Shown one piece after another: positions 38,989 to 50,426 of a DNA stretch of 64,000 bases. Below the pieces are notes generated by a model. It was given only the letters and a program-made list of their open reading frames with translations. It was not told the origin of the DNA and made no database searches. Numbering within the stretch: position 1 is the first letter of the stretch; the number at the start of each line of letters is the position of its first letter. A program made the translations under genes and the position numbers. The stretch is from an uncultured Ignavibacteria bacterium. GTDB taxonomy: Bacteria; Zixibacteria; MSB-5A5; DSPP01; RBG-1. The stretch is taken from the NCBI GenBank assembly GCA_964399055.1, contig CAYNPJ010000002.1, forward strand, positions 116,124-180,123, in the 5' to 3' direction.

Positions 38989-39285
38989 GGCAACCTCCAG
39001 ACTGGCCTGTGTGCAAGGCTTCTTTATTTTAGAATAATTGATTCTTCTGCAGAAGTCAAACCCTAAAGAAAAACGCCTCTGTGTGGAATAAGACCGCTGC
39101 TCCTGTAGCTTATTTGAAACGCCATCTGGCAGTAAGAGAATCAGTCTCAGGCCGGAGCACTGCCCTGCTTGCCTTATAAATAGATTGCTTGCAAACCCGG
39201 AAGATTTTATTATCTTGCCATATGAACTTATAGTGAACCTCAATACATAAGCATTGAGTAAAATAGCTCAAAAAAGGAGGTGTGT

Positions 39286-41115
39286 ATGGTTTTAACTATG
39301 CAAGTTAGCAAGCATAAGAAGTTGATGGAATGGGTAGAGGAATGGAAACAGCTCTGCCGACCGAATGACGTTCACTGGTGCGATGGCTCTAAGGCTGAGT
39401 ATAAGGCGCTGATGAGTCTGATGGAAAAAGACGGGCTGGCGGTTAAATTAAACGAAAAGAAGCGGCCAAATTGTTATCTTTTTAGATCTGATCCCTCTGA
39501 TGTGGCCCGCGTGGAAAACAGAACCTTTATCGCCTCTGAAAAAGAAGAGGACGCCGGTCCGACCAATAACTGGATTGAACCCTGGAAACTAAAGGCCACT
39601 TTGCGCGACCTGTTTCGAGGCTGCATGCAAGGTCGCACCCTGTACGTGATTCCCTTTTCCATGGGGCCGATTGGCTCGCCCATCTCAAAAATCGGAATTC
39701 AGATTACCGATTCTCCCTACGTGGTGGCAAACATGCACATTATGACCCGTGTCGGCAGCAAAGTTCTTGAGGTCTTAGGTGAAAATGGTGAGTTTATCCC
39801 GGCCGTGCATTCCGTGGGTAAACCCCTGGCCCGGGGCCAAACCGATAAAGGTGTCTGGCCCTGTGCCCCGCTTGAGCAAAAATACATTTCCCACTTCCCG
39901 GAGACGCGCGAAATCTGGTCTTACGGCTCAGGATATGGCGGCAATGCGCTTCTGGGCAAGAAATGCCTGGCCCTTCGCATCGCCTCGGTGCAGGCTCGCG
40001 ATGAAGGCTGGCTGGCCGAGCACATGCTCATTCTAAAACTCACCAGTCCGGAGGGTAAGGTAAAGTATATCACTGCAGCCTTCCCCTCAGCCTGCGGCAA
40101 GACCAATCTGGCCATGCTTATTCCCGCTATTCCGGGCTGGAAAGTAGAAACCATTGGCGACGATATTGCCTGGATGAAATTCGGCCAGGATGGCCGTCTG
40201 TATGCCATAAACCCGGAAGCCGGATTTTTCGGCGTGGCTCCCTATACTTCCCTGGACTCTAATCCCAATGCTATGCATACCATCGCCAAGGATACGATTT
40301 TTACTAACGTGGCCCTGACCAAGGATAATGATGTCTGGTGGGAAGGTATCGGCTATCCGGCGCCGGGTAAGCTGATAGACTGGAAAGGTAATGAATGGGA
40401 AGAAGGCACGGCTAAGGCCCCTGCGGCTCATGCCAACTCTCGTTTCACCGCGCATGCTTCCCATTGCCCCTCTATTGCCCCGGAATGGGAAGACCCGGCC
40501 GGGGTCCCCATCAGCGCCTTTTTATTCGGGGGTCGGCGTCCCAGTACAGTTCCTCTGGTGCATCAGGCTTTTGACTGGAACCATGGCGTATTCATCGGCT
40601 CAATCATCGGGTCAGAAGTTACTGCGGCGGCTCTGGATCTGAAGGCCGGCACTATTCGTTTTGACCCCTTTGCCATGTTGCCCTTCTGTGGCTATCACAT
40701 GGGTGATTATTTTAAGCACTGGATTAACATCGGCCGGAAAACTACCCCGGACAAACTGCCAAAGATTTTCTATGTCAACTGGTTTAGAAAGTCGAAGGAT
40801 GGCAAGTGGCTCTGGCCAGGCTACCGAGATAACATTCGGGTTCTGAAGTGGATATTTGAACGATGTGACAACCGAGGTAAGGCGGTTGAAACTCCCATCG
40901 GTTATATACCTACTGTCGATAGTATCGATCGTTCTGGCCTGGAAGATAAGGTGTCCACTGCCGATATGGAAGAGCTGCTGAAAATAGATAAGGAAGGTTG
41001 GCTCAAAGAAGTCGAGCTAATCAGGGAGCACTATGCCAAGTTCGGAGATAAACTGCCTTCAGAGTTACAGGAGCAGTTCCAGGCTCTAAAAAGCCGGTTG
41101 GCAAACTATAAATAA
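39286..41115 (+). CDS. pckG: phosphoenolpyruvate carboxykinase (GTP)
   Basis: GTP-PEPCK motifs ([13 protein letters not shown] kinase-1a, GDDIAWM); AGGAGG 7 nt upstream of ATG 39286. Confidence 0.9.
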   Translation: MVLTMQVSKHKKLMEWVEEWKQLCRPNDVHWCDGSKAEYKALMSLMEKDGLAVKLNEKKRPNCYLFRSDPSDVARVENRTFIASEKEEDAGPTNNWIEPWKLKATLRDLFRGCMQGRTLYVIPFSMGPIGSPISKIGIQITDSPYVVANMHIMTRVGSKVLEVLGENGEFIPAVHSVGKPLARGQTDKGVWPCAPLEQKYISHFPETREIWSYGSGYGGNALLGKKCLALRIASVQARDEGWLAEHMLILKLTSPEGKVKYITAAFPSACGKTNLAMLIPAIPGWKVETIGDDIAWMKFGQDGRLYAINPEAGFFGVAPYTSLDSNPNAMHTIAKDTIFTNVALTKDNDVWWEGIGYPAPGKLIDWKGNEWEEGTAKAPAAHANSRFTAHASHCPSIAPEWEDPAGVPISAFLFGGRRPSTVPLVHQAFDWNHGVFIGSIIGSEVTAAALDLKAGTIRFDPFAMLPFCGYHMGDYFKHWINIGRKTTPDKLPKIFYVNWFRKSKDGKWLWPGYRDNIRVLKWIFERCDNRGKAVETPIGYIPTVDSIDRSGLEDKVSTADMEELLKIDKEGWLKEVELIREHYAKFGDKLPSELQEQFQALKSRLANYK

Positions 41116-41406
41116 GGTTACGAAAGTTTATCTGTTTGCTTTTTTAAGGACTGTATCTTCCATATAGAGAGATATAACAAGAAATCAAACTTCTGTTCTT
41201 ACAATACTTCAAAGGTTCAGAATCGAAGTAGGGGCTGGATTTGGGCCAGCCGCCATCGGTTATAAACCCATTCAGTTAGGCTTTGTTACTTCTTACGATT
41301 CTAATCAGTGCGAATGGAGACAAAAGACTAACGTGCGGGGTCCGAATTCGTTAGATTGGGTGAGCCAAAAACAGGCAGGGAAAAATCCTTTTAATTTACC
41401 GCTTCT

Positions 41407-41664
41407 CTAATTAGGGCTGAAAACCGAAACGACCTTCTTCTCTTTGCCTTTGCGCTCAAATTTCACCACCCCATCGGCTAAGGCAAAGATGCTGTCATCC
41501 TTGGCTAAACCCGTATTCCGTCCCGGGAAGATTCTGGTCCCTCTCTGGCGGACGATGATAGTCCCGGCAGTGACCATCTCCCCCCCATAGGCCTTGACGC
41601 CCAAGCGCTGCCCCTGGGAATCTCTACCGTTCCGGCTGGAACCTTGACCTTTTTTATGTGCCAT
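41407..41664 (-). CDS. rpmA: 50S ribosomal protein L27
   Basis: [24 protein letters not shown]... canonical L27. Confidence 0.95.
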   Translation of the reverse strand: MAHKKGQGSSRNGRDSQGQRLGVKAYGGEMVTAGTIIVRQRGTRIFPGRNTGLAKDDSIFALADGVVKFERKGKEKKVVSVFSPN

Positions 41665-41746
41665 CTTCTACTCCTTTACTAGATAATAGTACAGAGCTAA
41701 TCTATGATGCTCTTTAAATCTTTAAGAGGTTTGAAGTCTGCCGGCT

Positions 41747-44206
41747 TTAAGCCACGAACTCCTTACTCTGGGGCGGGTGCGCTCCCACCACCACTTTGAA
41801 AGATAACTTATCCCCCTGGTCCTTGTCAATCAAAACTTCGCAGTCTCCGGCGAACTGTCCTTTGAGGATTTCATCGGCCAGAGGGTCTTCCAGGTACTTC
41901 TGTAGCGCCCTGCGCAGAGGCCGGGCCCCATAGTTGATATCAAAGCCTTTTTGGGCCAAGAATTCTTTGGCCTGGTCAGTCAGAGTGAAGGAGATGCCTC
42001 GCTCGGCCAAACGCTTGGCTAAATCGACTAAGAGAATGTCTACAATTTTGAGCACCTCCGGTATGTCCAGCGAGTGGAAAACTATGATTTCATCGATACG
42101 GTTCAAGAGCTCGGGGTTAAACATCTTCTTAGTCTCTTCCATAAGCTTCTGTTTCATCGACTCATAGGAAGTCTCGGTATCGGTCTTCTGAAACCCTAAG
42201 CTCTTGCCGGCTTTGATCTCTCTGGCGCCGATGTTGGAGGTCATAATTACCACTGTGTTGCGGAAGTCCACTTTGCGGCCAAAAGAGTCAGTCAGATGGC
42301 CGTCATCTAACATCTGCAGCAATATATTAAAAACTTCGGGGTGGGCTTTTTCGATTTCATCTAAGAGGACCACCGAGTAGGGTTTTCTGCGCACTCTCTC
42401 GGTCAGCTGGCCTCCCTCTTCGTAGCCGACATAACCCGGAGGAGCTCCGATCAAGCGGGAGACCGAGAACTTCTCCATGTATTCGGACATGTCGATGCGG
42501 ACTAGGTTGCTCTCATCTTCGAATAAAAAAGAGGCTAAGGCCCGGGCCATTTCGGTTTTACCGACGCCGGTAGGACCCAAGAAGATGAAAGAGCCAATTG
42601 GCCTCTTGGGATCTGAGAGTCCGGCCCGGTTGCGGCGGATGGACTTAGCCAAAACAGAAATGGCCTCGTCCTGCCCGATGATACGCTTACCTATCTCCTC
42701 TTCGATTCGCAGCAACTTCTTGGACTCCGCCTCTTCCAGCCTGAAGACTGGGATGTTAGTCATCTTGGAGACCACTACCGCCACGTCTTCGGGAGAAATT
42801 TCCCGCACTTCTTTAGCCCTCTTCTCTTCCCATTCTCTTTTTCGCTGCTCTAACTCTTCCTTTTTGAGCTTGATTTCGTCTCTCATCTGGGCCGCTTTTT
42901 CAAATTCCTGATTTTTGACGGCCTGTTCTTTCTCCCTCTGCAGTTCAACTATTTCCTTTTCACTTTCGGCGAATTCCTGCGGTTTGGTGCTGCTCATCAG
43001 ATGAGCGCGCGAGCCGGTCTCGTCAATCACGTCAATGGACTTATCCGGCTGAAACTTGCCGGAGATGTAGCGGTCGGCCAAATTGACCGCAGTCACGATG
43101 GCCTGGTCTGAAATCTTAATATGGTGATGCTCTTCGTATCTGGGCCGCAGTCCTTTCAATATTTTTACCGTGTCCTCGGTGGTGGGGGGGTCGACAATCA
43201 CCATCTGGAAACGCCGCTCCAGAGCGCCGTCCTTCTCGATGTACTTGCGGTATTCATTTAAAGTGGTGGCGCCGATGCACTGCAGCTCGCCCCGGGATAG
43301 GGTCGGCTTGAAGATATTGGAGGCGTCTAAGGAGCCTTCGGCTCCGCCGGCCCCCACAATGGTGTGCAGCTCGTCGATAAAGATGATTACGTCCTTGGCG
43401 TTGATGATTTCATTCATGACCGCCTTCATTCTCTCTTCGAACTGACCCCGGTATTTAGTGCCAGCCACTATGGCGGCCATGTCTAAGGTGACAATTCTTC
43501 GGTTCTCCAAAATCTGGGGGACTTTCCCTTCCACAATTCTCTGGGCCAAGCCTTCGGCGATGGCCGTCTTCCCCACTCCCGGCTCGCCGATTAGCACCGG
43601 ATTGTTCTTCTTTCGACGGGAGAGAATCTGAGCTACTCTTTCGATTTCATTCTCCCTGCCTATGACTGGGTCTAATTTTGCTCTGCGAGCCAGCTCGGTC
43701 AAGTCCCGGCCAAAGTGGTCTAAAGCCGGAGTCTTGCTCTTTTTTCTCTTACGGGCGTAAGCTGAAGGCTTGCCGGAACTTATGTTTTTCAACTCCTCGT
43801 AGACTTCTTTATAGTCAACTTCATACATGGAGAGGACCTGGGCGGCTACCCCCTCTTCGTCTTTTAGCAGGGCCAATAAAATATGCTCGGTGTCGATGTC
43901 CTTGGAACGCAGAGCGCGCGCCTCCTGACCGGAGACCTCTAAGGTCTTCTTAGCTCTGGCAGTCAGAGGCAGTTGCCCCATGGTCATGGTTCCGCCGGAT
44001 GGCTGGACCACGTCCTCGATAGACTGCTTCAATTCACCCAGGTCGATGCCGATGTTATTCAAGATATCAACTGCTCTTCCCTCGCCTAATTTTATCACTC
44101 CCAAGAGCAGGTGTTCGGTGCCGATGTAATCGTGGCGCAAACGTGCGGCTTCATCCCGGGCAAATTCGATGGCCCGTCGGGCGCGCTCGGTAAACATCTC
44201 ATTCAT
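41747..44206 (-). CDS. clpC: ATP-dependent Clp protease ATP-binding subunit ClpC
   Basis: two Clp-N repeats, two AAA+ modules with Walker A ([16 protein letters not shown]), UVR-like middle domain; 819 aa. Confidence 0.95.
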   Translation of the reverse strand: MNEMFTERARRAIEFARDEAARLRHDYIGTEHLLLGVIKLGEGRAVDILNNIGIDLGELKQSIEDVVQPSGGTMTMGQLPLTARAKKTLEVSGQEARALRSKDIDTEHILLALLKDEEGVAAQVLSMYEVDYKEVYEELKNISSGKPSAYARKRKKSKTPALDHFGRDLTELARRAKLDPVIGRENEIERVAQILSRRKKNNPVLIGEPGVGKTAIAEGLAQRIVEGKVPQILENRRIVTLDMAAIVAGTKYRGQFEERMKAVMNEIINAKDVIIFIDELHTIVGAGGAEGSLDASNIFKPTLSRGELQCIGATTLNEYRKYIEKDGALERRFQMVIVDPPTTEDTVKILKGLRPRYEEHHHIKISDQAIVTAVNLADRYISGKFQPDKSIDVIDETGSRAHLMSSTKPQEFAESEKEIVELQREKEQAVKNQEFEKAAQMRDEIKLKKEELEQRKREWEEKRAKEVREISPEDVAVVVSKMTNIPVFRLEEAESKKLLRIEEEIGKRIIGQDEAISVLAKSIRRNRAGLSDPKRPIGSFIFLGPTGVGKTEMARALASFLFEDESNLVRIDMSEYMEKFSVSRLIGAPPGYVGYEEGGQLTERVRRKPYSVVLLDEIEKAHPEVFNILLQMLDDGHLTDSFGRKVDFRNTVVIMTSNIGAREIKAGKSLGFQKTDTETSYESMKQKLMEETKKMFNPELLNRIDEIIVFHSLDIPEVLKIVDILLVDLAKRLAERGISFTLTDQAKEFLAQKGFDINYGARPLRRALQKYLEDPLADEILKGQFAGDCEVLIDKDQGDKLSFKVVVGAHPPQSKEFVA

Positions 44207-44281
44207 AAATACTTAGCCTCCTTCCAGCCAAGCCTAAACTGTCACTCATTACTATTAAATTTAAGTCAAAAAACGAATTTG

Positions 44282-45379
44282 TCAATTATCTTTCTCCTGG
44301 CCAGGTCTGGGTCTTCTCCGTCTGGAGCCATTCTTAGGGCCGGCCAATTTGTTTCTGACTAACTCCGCTCTTGATACGTCTCTTTCCTGCTCATTCATTT
44401 GTTTGTTGTAATATTTCTGTAGATGGGCCGGCTGAGAGAGGAACAAGACCTCATTAATCTGCGGTAAGCTTAAGTCTGCTAATACCTTCCTTCCTACGCC
44501 TAAGCGTAAAGCCGAAAGCAGGTTCATTACTTCGGAAGAGGATAAAAGCCGGGCATGCCGCAAGATTCCATAACTGCGCCAGATTTTATCCTCGATCTCA
44601 TCCTTAGCCTCTTTGAAAATGGCGTTTCTGGCATTCTCTTCATCGGCTATTACCTCCTGGGCCAGTTTATCCAAATCAGAGAGAATCTCCTCTTCGGTGT
44701 GGCCCAGAGTGTTCTGATTGGAGATCTGGAACAAATTGCCAGCCACATCGGTCCCCTCTCCGTAAAAACCTCGCACTGCAAAGCCCGCCTTACCGACCCG
44801 GGCAATGAATTCATCTATTTTGCGGGTGAGGACTAAGCCGGGCAAATGGATTAAGAGAGAGCCGCGCAGACCGGTGCCCACGTTGGTAGGACAGGCGGTC
44901 AGGTATCCGAATTCCCTATCGTGCTCAAAATTGAGATATTGGGACAGTTCCTTCTCTAAGCCGCTGATCTCCTGATAGCATTCTTTCAGCTGAAAACCGG
45001 ATTTCAAAGCCTGGATGCGCAAATGGTCCTCTTCGTTGACCATGATGCTGACTGATTCATTCTCACTGATGAAAACTCCTTGCCCGTCCTTTTCCCGCAT
45101 AAAATCAGGGGAAATCAGGTGGCGCTCTACCAAGAAGTCGCGGTCGATTCCCTGCAGCTCGGTCGAACTCACCAGAACTCCCTGGTGATTGGAAATCTTC
45201 TTTAAGGCTGCCTGCAGTAAGTCCAGAACTCTTTGCCGCTCTGAGGCAGCCGAACGGGAGGGGAATATCATCCCCTTTAGATTCCGGGCCAGACGAACCC
45301 GGGTAGAGAGGACAATCCCGGCCTGCGGTCCGTCACCTAAGAGCCAGGGGGTCGGTTTTTTGGCCAATTCTTCGAACAT
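44282..45379 (-). CDS. mcsB: protein arginine kinase McsB
   Basis: phosphagen-kinase-like core (CPTNVGTGLRGS), 365 aa, between mcsA and clpC. Confidence 0.9.
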   Translation of the reverse strand: MFEELAKKPTPWLLGDGPQAGIVLSTRVRLARNLKGMIFPSRSAASERQRVLDLLQAALKKISNHQGVLVSSTELQGIDRDFLVERHLISPDFMREKDGQGVFISENESVSIMVNEEDHLRIQALKSGFQLKECYQEISGLEKELSQYLNFEHDREFGYLTACPTNVGTGLRGSLLIHLPGLVLTRKIDEFIARVGKAGFAVRGFYGEGTDVAGNLFQISNQNTLGHTEEEILSDLDKLAQEVIADEENARNAIFKEAKDEIEDKIWRSYGILRHARLLSSSEVMNLLSALRLGVGRKVLADLSLPQINEVLFLSQPAHLQKYYNKQMNEQERDVSRAELVRNKLAGPKNGSRRRRPRPGQEKDN

Positions 45380-45380
45380 G

Positions 45381-45890
45381 CTATTTTTTCTTCTCTGGCT
45401 TTGCGTTCTTAATCTTATCTCTCAGTTGAGCGGCTTTTTCAAAGTCTTCCGCCTTTATGGCTTCCCTTAGTTGCTCTTCCAAGCTCTTTTGCTGCTTGAC
45501 TTGGGTGGCTAAGTCTATCTTGGCCGGGACCGGCATCTCTCCCTTATGCTGGGTAGTGCCGTGTATTTTAGTCAACATCTGTAACAGTTGAGGTCGGAAG
45601 GCAGAGTAGCATTCTCCGCAGCCGAAGCGCCCGGTTTTGGGGAATTCGGAAAAGAACATTCCGCAGCGTGGACATTTGAGCGCGCCGGACTGACCCCCCT
45701 TCTTTTCGATTATCCCGCTGGTCACGCTGGCCAACATCTCTCCCAAGGGGAAGGTACCTCCTGAAAAGGGATTGTGAAAACCCCTCCTCTCCGCGCATTC
45801 CTGACACAGACTTAAGACCACCTTTTGATTGTTTATAATCTGGGTCAGTTTGACGGTCGCTTCATTCTTTTTACAGTCCTGACAGCGCAT
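45381..45890 (-). CDS. mcsA: McsA, zinc-finger activator of McsB with UVR motif
   Basis: four CxxC pairs N-terminal; C-terminal UvrB/C motif (EAIKAEDFEKAAQLRDKI). Confidence 0.8.
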   Translation of the reverse strand: MRCQDCKKNEATVKLTQIINNQKVVLSLCQECAERRGFHNPFSGGTFPLGEMLASVTSGIIEKKGGQSGALKCPRCGMFFSEFPKTGRFGCGECYSAFRPQLLQMLTKIHGTTQHKGEMPVPAKIDLATQVKQQKSLEEQLREAIKAEDFEKAAQLRDKIKNAKPEKKK

Positions 45891-46592
45891 TTAGTTCAAC
45901 TCCGCCGGGCTTTTGGGACTAACTCTGCCCTCGGCCAGATGATAGATATAATCGGCTCTTCTGGCTATTTCCAAATTATGGGTCGCCAGCACAAAGGTCA
46001 ACCTCTTTTCCCGCTTCAGGTTCATTATCAGCTCTACCAATTCTTCGCTGCTCTTTCTATCCAAGTTGCCGGTGGGCTCATCGGCTATCACTATCTTAGG
46101 ATCGTTGGCCAGAGCCCGGGCTACGGCCAGTCTCTGTTGCTCCCCGCCGGAGAGTTCTGCCGGACGATGGGAAGACCTCTCCTTTAAACCTACTTCTTCT
46201 AATAAATGATACGCCTTTTCTCGGGAAATTGAGTTGTTTTCTCGGGCAATCAGAAGCGGAATCATCACATTTTCCAACGCGTTAAATTCAGACAGAAGAT
46301 GGTGGAACTGAAACACGAACCCTATGCTCTGGTTGCGAAAATCAGACAATTCTACGTCGTTCAAAGTGAAGATGTTGATGGAGTCGAGGTGAACTTCCCC
46401 CTCCTGCGGGGTATCCAGCCCTCCTAAAATGTGCAAGAGGGTAGACTTTCCTACACCAGAAGCGCCTATGATAGTGGTTAAAGTGCCTTCAGGGATTTCC
46501 AAACTCACTCCTCTTAAAACCTTCAGCTCCTTTGGGCCGCTTTGAAAGCTTTTCTTTATCTCTATGGCCCGTAAAATGATAGGTTCATCCAT
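45891..46592 (-). CDS. lolD: lipoprotein-releasing system ATP-binding protein LolD (ABC ATPase)
   Basis: Walker A GASGVGKST, signature LSGGEQQR, Walker B; stop abuts mcsA start. Confidence 0.85.
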   Translation of the reverse strand: MDEPIILRAIEIKKSFQSGPKELKVLRGVSLEIPEGTLTTIIGASGVGKSTLLHILGGLDTPQEGEVHLDSINIFTLNDVELSDFRNQSIGFVFQFHHLLSEFNALENVMIPLLIARENNSISREKAYHLLEEVGLKERSSHRPAELSGGEQQRLAVARALANDPKIVIADEPTGNLDRKSSEELVELIMNLKREKRLTFVLATHNLEIARRADYIYHLAEGRVSPKSPAELN

Positions 46593-46686
46593 GACGGCTT
46601 CTATTTTCGAATTGAGTCCTTATTCTTATATTCGCCATTTTACCGAATATATTTACTTTTCGCCTGTGAAAACTGTTGGAAAAAAC

Positions 46687-47919
46687 TCATTCATAACGAA
46701 TGGCCTCCACCGGGCTGAGATTAGCCGCCTTGCGGGCCGGATAGAGCGTGGCGGCAAAGGCTATTATCAGAGCGGCTAAAGAGACTAAGATTAAGTCTAA
46801 AGGGCGCATGTCTATGGGGAGGGAATTGATGAAATAGATGTCTGCCGGCAAAGAGATTATCTTGAAAGTCTGCTGTATCCAGCACAAAACACAACCCAAG
46901 ATAGTTCCCAGGAAAGCACCGATGACCCCAATTATCACTCCTTCTAACATGAATATTTTGCTGATAGAGGCTTTGCTAGCTCCCATTGATTTCAAGATTC
47001 CAATCTCTTTTTTCTTCTCCAAGACTATCATCACCAAGGTGCTGACGATGTTGAAGGCGGCCACGGCCACTATCAGGCTCAAGGCCAAAAACATGGCATA
47101 TTTTTCCAGAGATATCCAGGAGAAGAGATTTTTGTGCATGTGCATCCAGTCCGAAGCCACGTACTCGCTCCCCAGTTCCTTTTCTACCTTTTCTGCCACT
47201 TTATCCGCGCGATAGAAATCTTCTACTTTTACTTCTAAGCCGGTGACACTTTCTCCCATATTCAATAAATTCTGCGCTTCCGACAGGGATATGTAAGCTA
47301 AAGAGGCGTCATATTCGTACATCCCGGTCTCAAACAGTCCGGCTACTTTAAACTTTGTCGCTCGTGGTGTGGTCGAGATTCCGGAGATAGAATTCTGGTC
47401 TAGCGAAAATAAAATGGCAGTATCATCCACTACCAGGCTTAGATTATCAGCTAAAATCGAGCCTAACAGAATTCCGGGAAGGCTGTCCGGCGAAGTTCGG
47501 TCTAATTCCAGACTGCCGCGGTAAAGATATTTCTTAAGCTGGGAGACTTTTTCCTCCTGCTCCGGAATGATGCCCCGCAGGACGATTCCGTCGGACTGAC
47601 TTCTGGAGGCAATCGCGACTTTGGCGTAAATGAAAGGGGCCGCTGCTACCACCTCCGGCACCGCTTCGACTTGGGGAATTAATTCGTCGTAATCGGACAG
47701 GCCGACCTGGTTCCAAGGAAGGACATTGACATGGGCCATGGTGCCGATGATTCTCCCTCTGACCTCTTTTTCAAAGCCGTTCATCATGGAGAGGGTGCAG
47801 ATTAAGGCGGCCACCCCGATGGTGATGCCGGCAATGGAAATGAAAGTGAAAATGGAGACCGAGCCGCTTTTTCTCTTGGAGGCTAAGTAACGCCGGGCTA
47901 TGAAAAACTCATATCCCAT
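46687..47919 (-). CDS. lipoprotein-releasing system permease LolC/LolE (FtsX-like)
   Basis: N-terminal TM, large periplasmic domain, C-terminal 3-TM FtsX domain; 410 aa. Confidence 0.8.
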   Translation of the reverse strand: MGYEFFIARRYLASKRKSGSVSIFTFISIAGITIGVAALICTLSMMNGFEKEVRGRIIGTMAHVNVLPWNQVGLSDYDELIPQVEAVPEVVAAAPFIYAKVAIASRSQSDGIVLRGIIPEQEEKVSQLKKYLYRGSLELDRTSPDSLPGILLGSILADNLSLVVDDTAILFSLDQNSISGISTTPRATKFKVAGLFETGMYEYDASLAYISLSEAQNLLNMGESVTGLEVKVEDFYRADKVAEKVEKELGSEYVASDWMHMHKNLFSWISLEKYAMFLALSLIVAVAAFNIVSTLVMIVLEKKKEIGILKSMGASKASISKIFMLEGVIIGVIGAFLGTILGCVLCWIQQTFKIISLPADIYFINSLPIDMRPLDLILVSLAALIIAFAATLYPARKAANLSPVEAIRYE

Positions 47920-49381
47920 CGGTCTCTGGCTTCATCTGGGGGAACAATATCACGTCCCGGATAGAGCGCTGGTCGCACAAGAGCATTATTAGACGGTCGA
48001 TGCCCACTCCTAAGCCTCCAATTGGAGGCATGCCGTATTCCATCGCCCGCAGGTAGTCTTCATCTAAGACCTGCGCCTCTTCATCGCCAGCCGAGCGCAT
48101 TTTCATCTGCTCTTCGAAGCGTTGTCTCTGGTCTAAAGGGTCATTTAATTCAGAGAAGGCGTTGGCGATTTCTCCTGTCCCGATAAAGAGTTCAAATCTT
48201 TCGGTCAGTAAGGGATTGGAGCGGTGCTTCTTGGCTAAAGGAGACATCTCCACCGGATAGTCGGTGATAAAAGTCGGGGCGATTAGAAAGGGCTGGACCT
48301 TCTCTTCAAAAATTGCCTCGATTAATTTGCCTTTGTTTTTAACTAAATTAGCCCGCAGGTCTAAGTTAGTGGCAATCTCCCAGATATCCTCTGTATTCTT
48401 GCTTAAGAGATTCACGCCGACCTTCTCTTCGATGGCTCCCAAAAGGGAGATTCTTTTCCAAGGAGGAGACAAATCAATTTCTTGCTGGTTGTAAGTGATG
48501 ACATTGCTCCCCAAAGCAGTCTTAGTCACCCAGTTTAACATTTCTTCAAACAAATTCATTATGTCATTATAGTCCCAGAAAGCCACATACAGCTCCAGCA
48601 TGGAAAATTCAGGATTGTGGTTGCGGTCCATCCCCTCGTTGCGGAAATCTTTGCAGAATTCATATACTTTCTCGAATCCGCCTGCAATCAGGCGCTTGAG
48701 ATAGAGCTCATCCGCTATGCGCAAGTATAAATCAATGTCCAAGGCGTTGTGATGAGTGACAAAGGGCCTGGCTGATGCGCCTCCATAAAGAGGCTGTAGA
48801 ATCGGAGTCTCGACTTCGATGAAATCGTGGCTGTCTAAATAGTCTCTTATCGTTTTTATAATCCTGGCTCTTTTAATGAAAACTTCTTTGACTCCCGGAG
48901 TGGTGAATAAATCCAGGTAGCGCTGGCGATAGCGCAGCTCCTTGTCCTGCAGGCCATGCCATTTTTCCGGCAGAGGGCGCAAAGACTTGGAGAGCATCAC
49001 GAAATCAGTGGCTCGGACCGTAATCTCGCCGGTCTTGGTCTTGAAAACTGTCCCAGTCACCCCGATGAAATCCCCCAAGTCGAACAAATCAAACAGTGCA
49101 TATTTTTCCGGGCCTACCACGTCTGATTTCACATAGACCTGAATCTTTCCTTTGTCGTCCAGGCAGTGGAAGAAAAGTGATTTGCCATGCCCCCGCAGAG
49201 TCAAGATTCTTCCGGCAATTTTGACTTCCTGCTCAGGTGAGGAGAGGGCTTCGAAATTGGAGATAATTTCAGTGGAAAAATGAGTGCGCTGGTAGGAATA
49301 AGGATAAGGATTTATCCCCAATTCCCTTAGTTTAGCTAACTTCTGCAGCCGGACTTGAATCAGTTCGCTTTGTTCGGACAT
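47909..49381 (-). CDS. lysS: lysine--tRNA ligase (class II); start re-set to MSEQSELIQ... (ORF-track start 49453 likely too long)
   Basis: canonical LysS N-terminus MSEQ..., class II motifs (FRNEG, GGLGVGIDRL). Confidence 0.95.
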   Translation of the reverse strand: MSEQSELIQVRLQKLAKLRELGINPYPYSYQRTHFSTEIISNFEALSSPEQEVKIAGRILTLRGHGKSLFFHCLDDKGKIQVYVKSDVVGPEKYALFDLFDLGDFIGVTGTVFKTKTGEITVRATDFVMLSKSLRPLPEKWHGLQDKELRYRQRYLDLFTTPGVKEVFIKRARIIKTIRDYLDSHDFIEVETPILQPLYGGASARPFVTHHNALDIDLYLRIADELYLKRLIAGGFEKVYEFCKDFRNEGMDRNHNPEFSMLELYVAFWDYNDIMNLFEEMLNWVTKTALGSNVITYNQQEIDLSPPWKRISLLGAIEEKVGVNLLSKNTEDIWEIATNLDLRANLVKNKGKLIEAIFEEKVQPFLIAPTFITDYPVEMSPLAKKHRSNPLLTERFELFIGTGEIANAFSELNDPLDQRQRFEEQMKMRSAGDEEAQVLDEDYLRAMEYGMPPIGGLGVGIDRLIMLLCDQRSIRDVILFPQMKPETDGI

Positions 49382-49495
49382 AAAAGAAATTTCAATATAG
49401 AACCCCTCCCAGGCAGAGTCAAGTTTTTGCCCAAAGTAAAACGTCCGAGGCAAGCTCGGACGCTACAATCAAACACTATCTTTTGCGCCTAAATG

Positions 49496-49885
49496 CTATT
49501 TAGCGTTAGGGTCATCTTGATAAATTCCGAAAATGTTCCCTTCTGTGTCCTTAAAGTAAGACAGCCATCCCACCCCTGGAATCGGCATCTTCGGCACCAC
49601 CATCGTGGCGCCATTCTTGCTGGCGCTCTCCATATACTTCTCTAAATTGTCTACTCCCACGGTACAGACAAAGGCATTCACTGCCTGATTCTCCTGAGGT
49701 GCCTGGCCTTTACGCATCATCAGTCCGCCGTTTATTCCCGGTTTTTCATTGGGGCCGGTGGTCAGCAGCCAGTAATCTTCCGGACCTTCCCATTTGTCAG
49801 CTTTCCAGCCGAATACGTTCTGATAGAATTTCACTGCCCGCTCCGGATTCTCGGCGTGAATTTCAAAATGGACAACTCTTGACAT
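49496..49885 (-). CDS. VOC-family (glyoxalase/bleomycin-resistance fold) protein
   Basis: 129 aa, VHFEIHAENPERAVKFY... typical VOC beta-alpha-beta-beta-beta. Confidence 0.75.
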   Translation of the reverse strand: MSRVVHFEIHAENPERAVKFYQNVFGWKADKWEGPEDYWLLTTGPNEKPGINGGLMMRKGQAPQENQAVNAFVCTVGVDNLEKYMESASKNGATMVVPKMPIPGVGWLSYFKDTEGNIFGIYQDDPNAK

Positions 49886-49946
49886 AGTTGCTCCACTTCT
49901 GGTTTGAAGGTTAAAGTGAATTCGTCAGGCTTTTTTTAGAAATACG

Positions 49947-50426
49947 TCAGTGCCCGAACTTCTGTTTCAGCTTTTTTTCTACAATCTTAGGAACGAATAA
50001 GGAGACATCCCCTCCGAAGCGGGCCACATCTTTTATCAAGTTAGAAGAGAGGAAGACATACTTAGCCGAGGGCATCAAGAAGACGCTTTCGGCCCCGTGG
50101 TATAATTTCCGGTTCATCAGAGCCATCTGAAACTCATACTCAAAGTCCGAGACCGCCCGCAGACCCCTGATAATGGCCACGGCTTTGAGCTTTCTGGTCA
50201 AATCTGCCAGGAGTCCGGGAAAGGAAATCACCGTCACCCTTTTTTTATTTTTGGTCAGCTGCTTGACCATCCCGACCCTTTCTTCAATCGAGAAGACCGG
50301 CTCCTTGACCGGATTGACTGCTATGGCCACGTAAAGCTTGTCGAACAAAACTAAAGCCCGGTCTATCAGGTCTAAATGGCCGTAGGTGATGGGGTCAAAA
50401 CTCCCCGGATATATGGCGACTCTCAT
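49947..50426 (-). CDS. coaD: phosphopantetheine adenylyltransferase
   Basis: MRVAIYPGSFDPITYGHLDLI (H/TxGH motif); ATGA overlap with rsmD stop; start re-set from ORF-track 50510. Confidence 0.9.
   Translation of the reverse strand: MRVAIYPGSFDPITYGHLDLIDRALVLFDKLYVAIAVNPVKEPVFSIEERVGMVKQLTKNKKRVTVISFPGLLADLTRKLKAVAIIRGLRAVSDFEYEFQMALMNRKLYHGAESVFLMPSAKYVFLSSNLIKDVARFGGDVSLFVPKIVEKKLKQKFGH

Noticed and set aside
49382-49453. N-terminal extension of lysS (MPRTFYFGQ...)
   Set aside because: The canonical LysS N-terminus MSEQSEL begins at the internal ATG 49381. The extension has no support.
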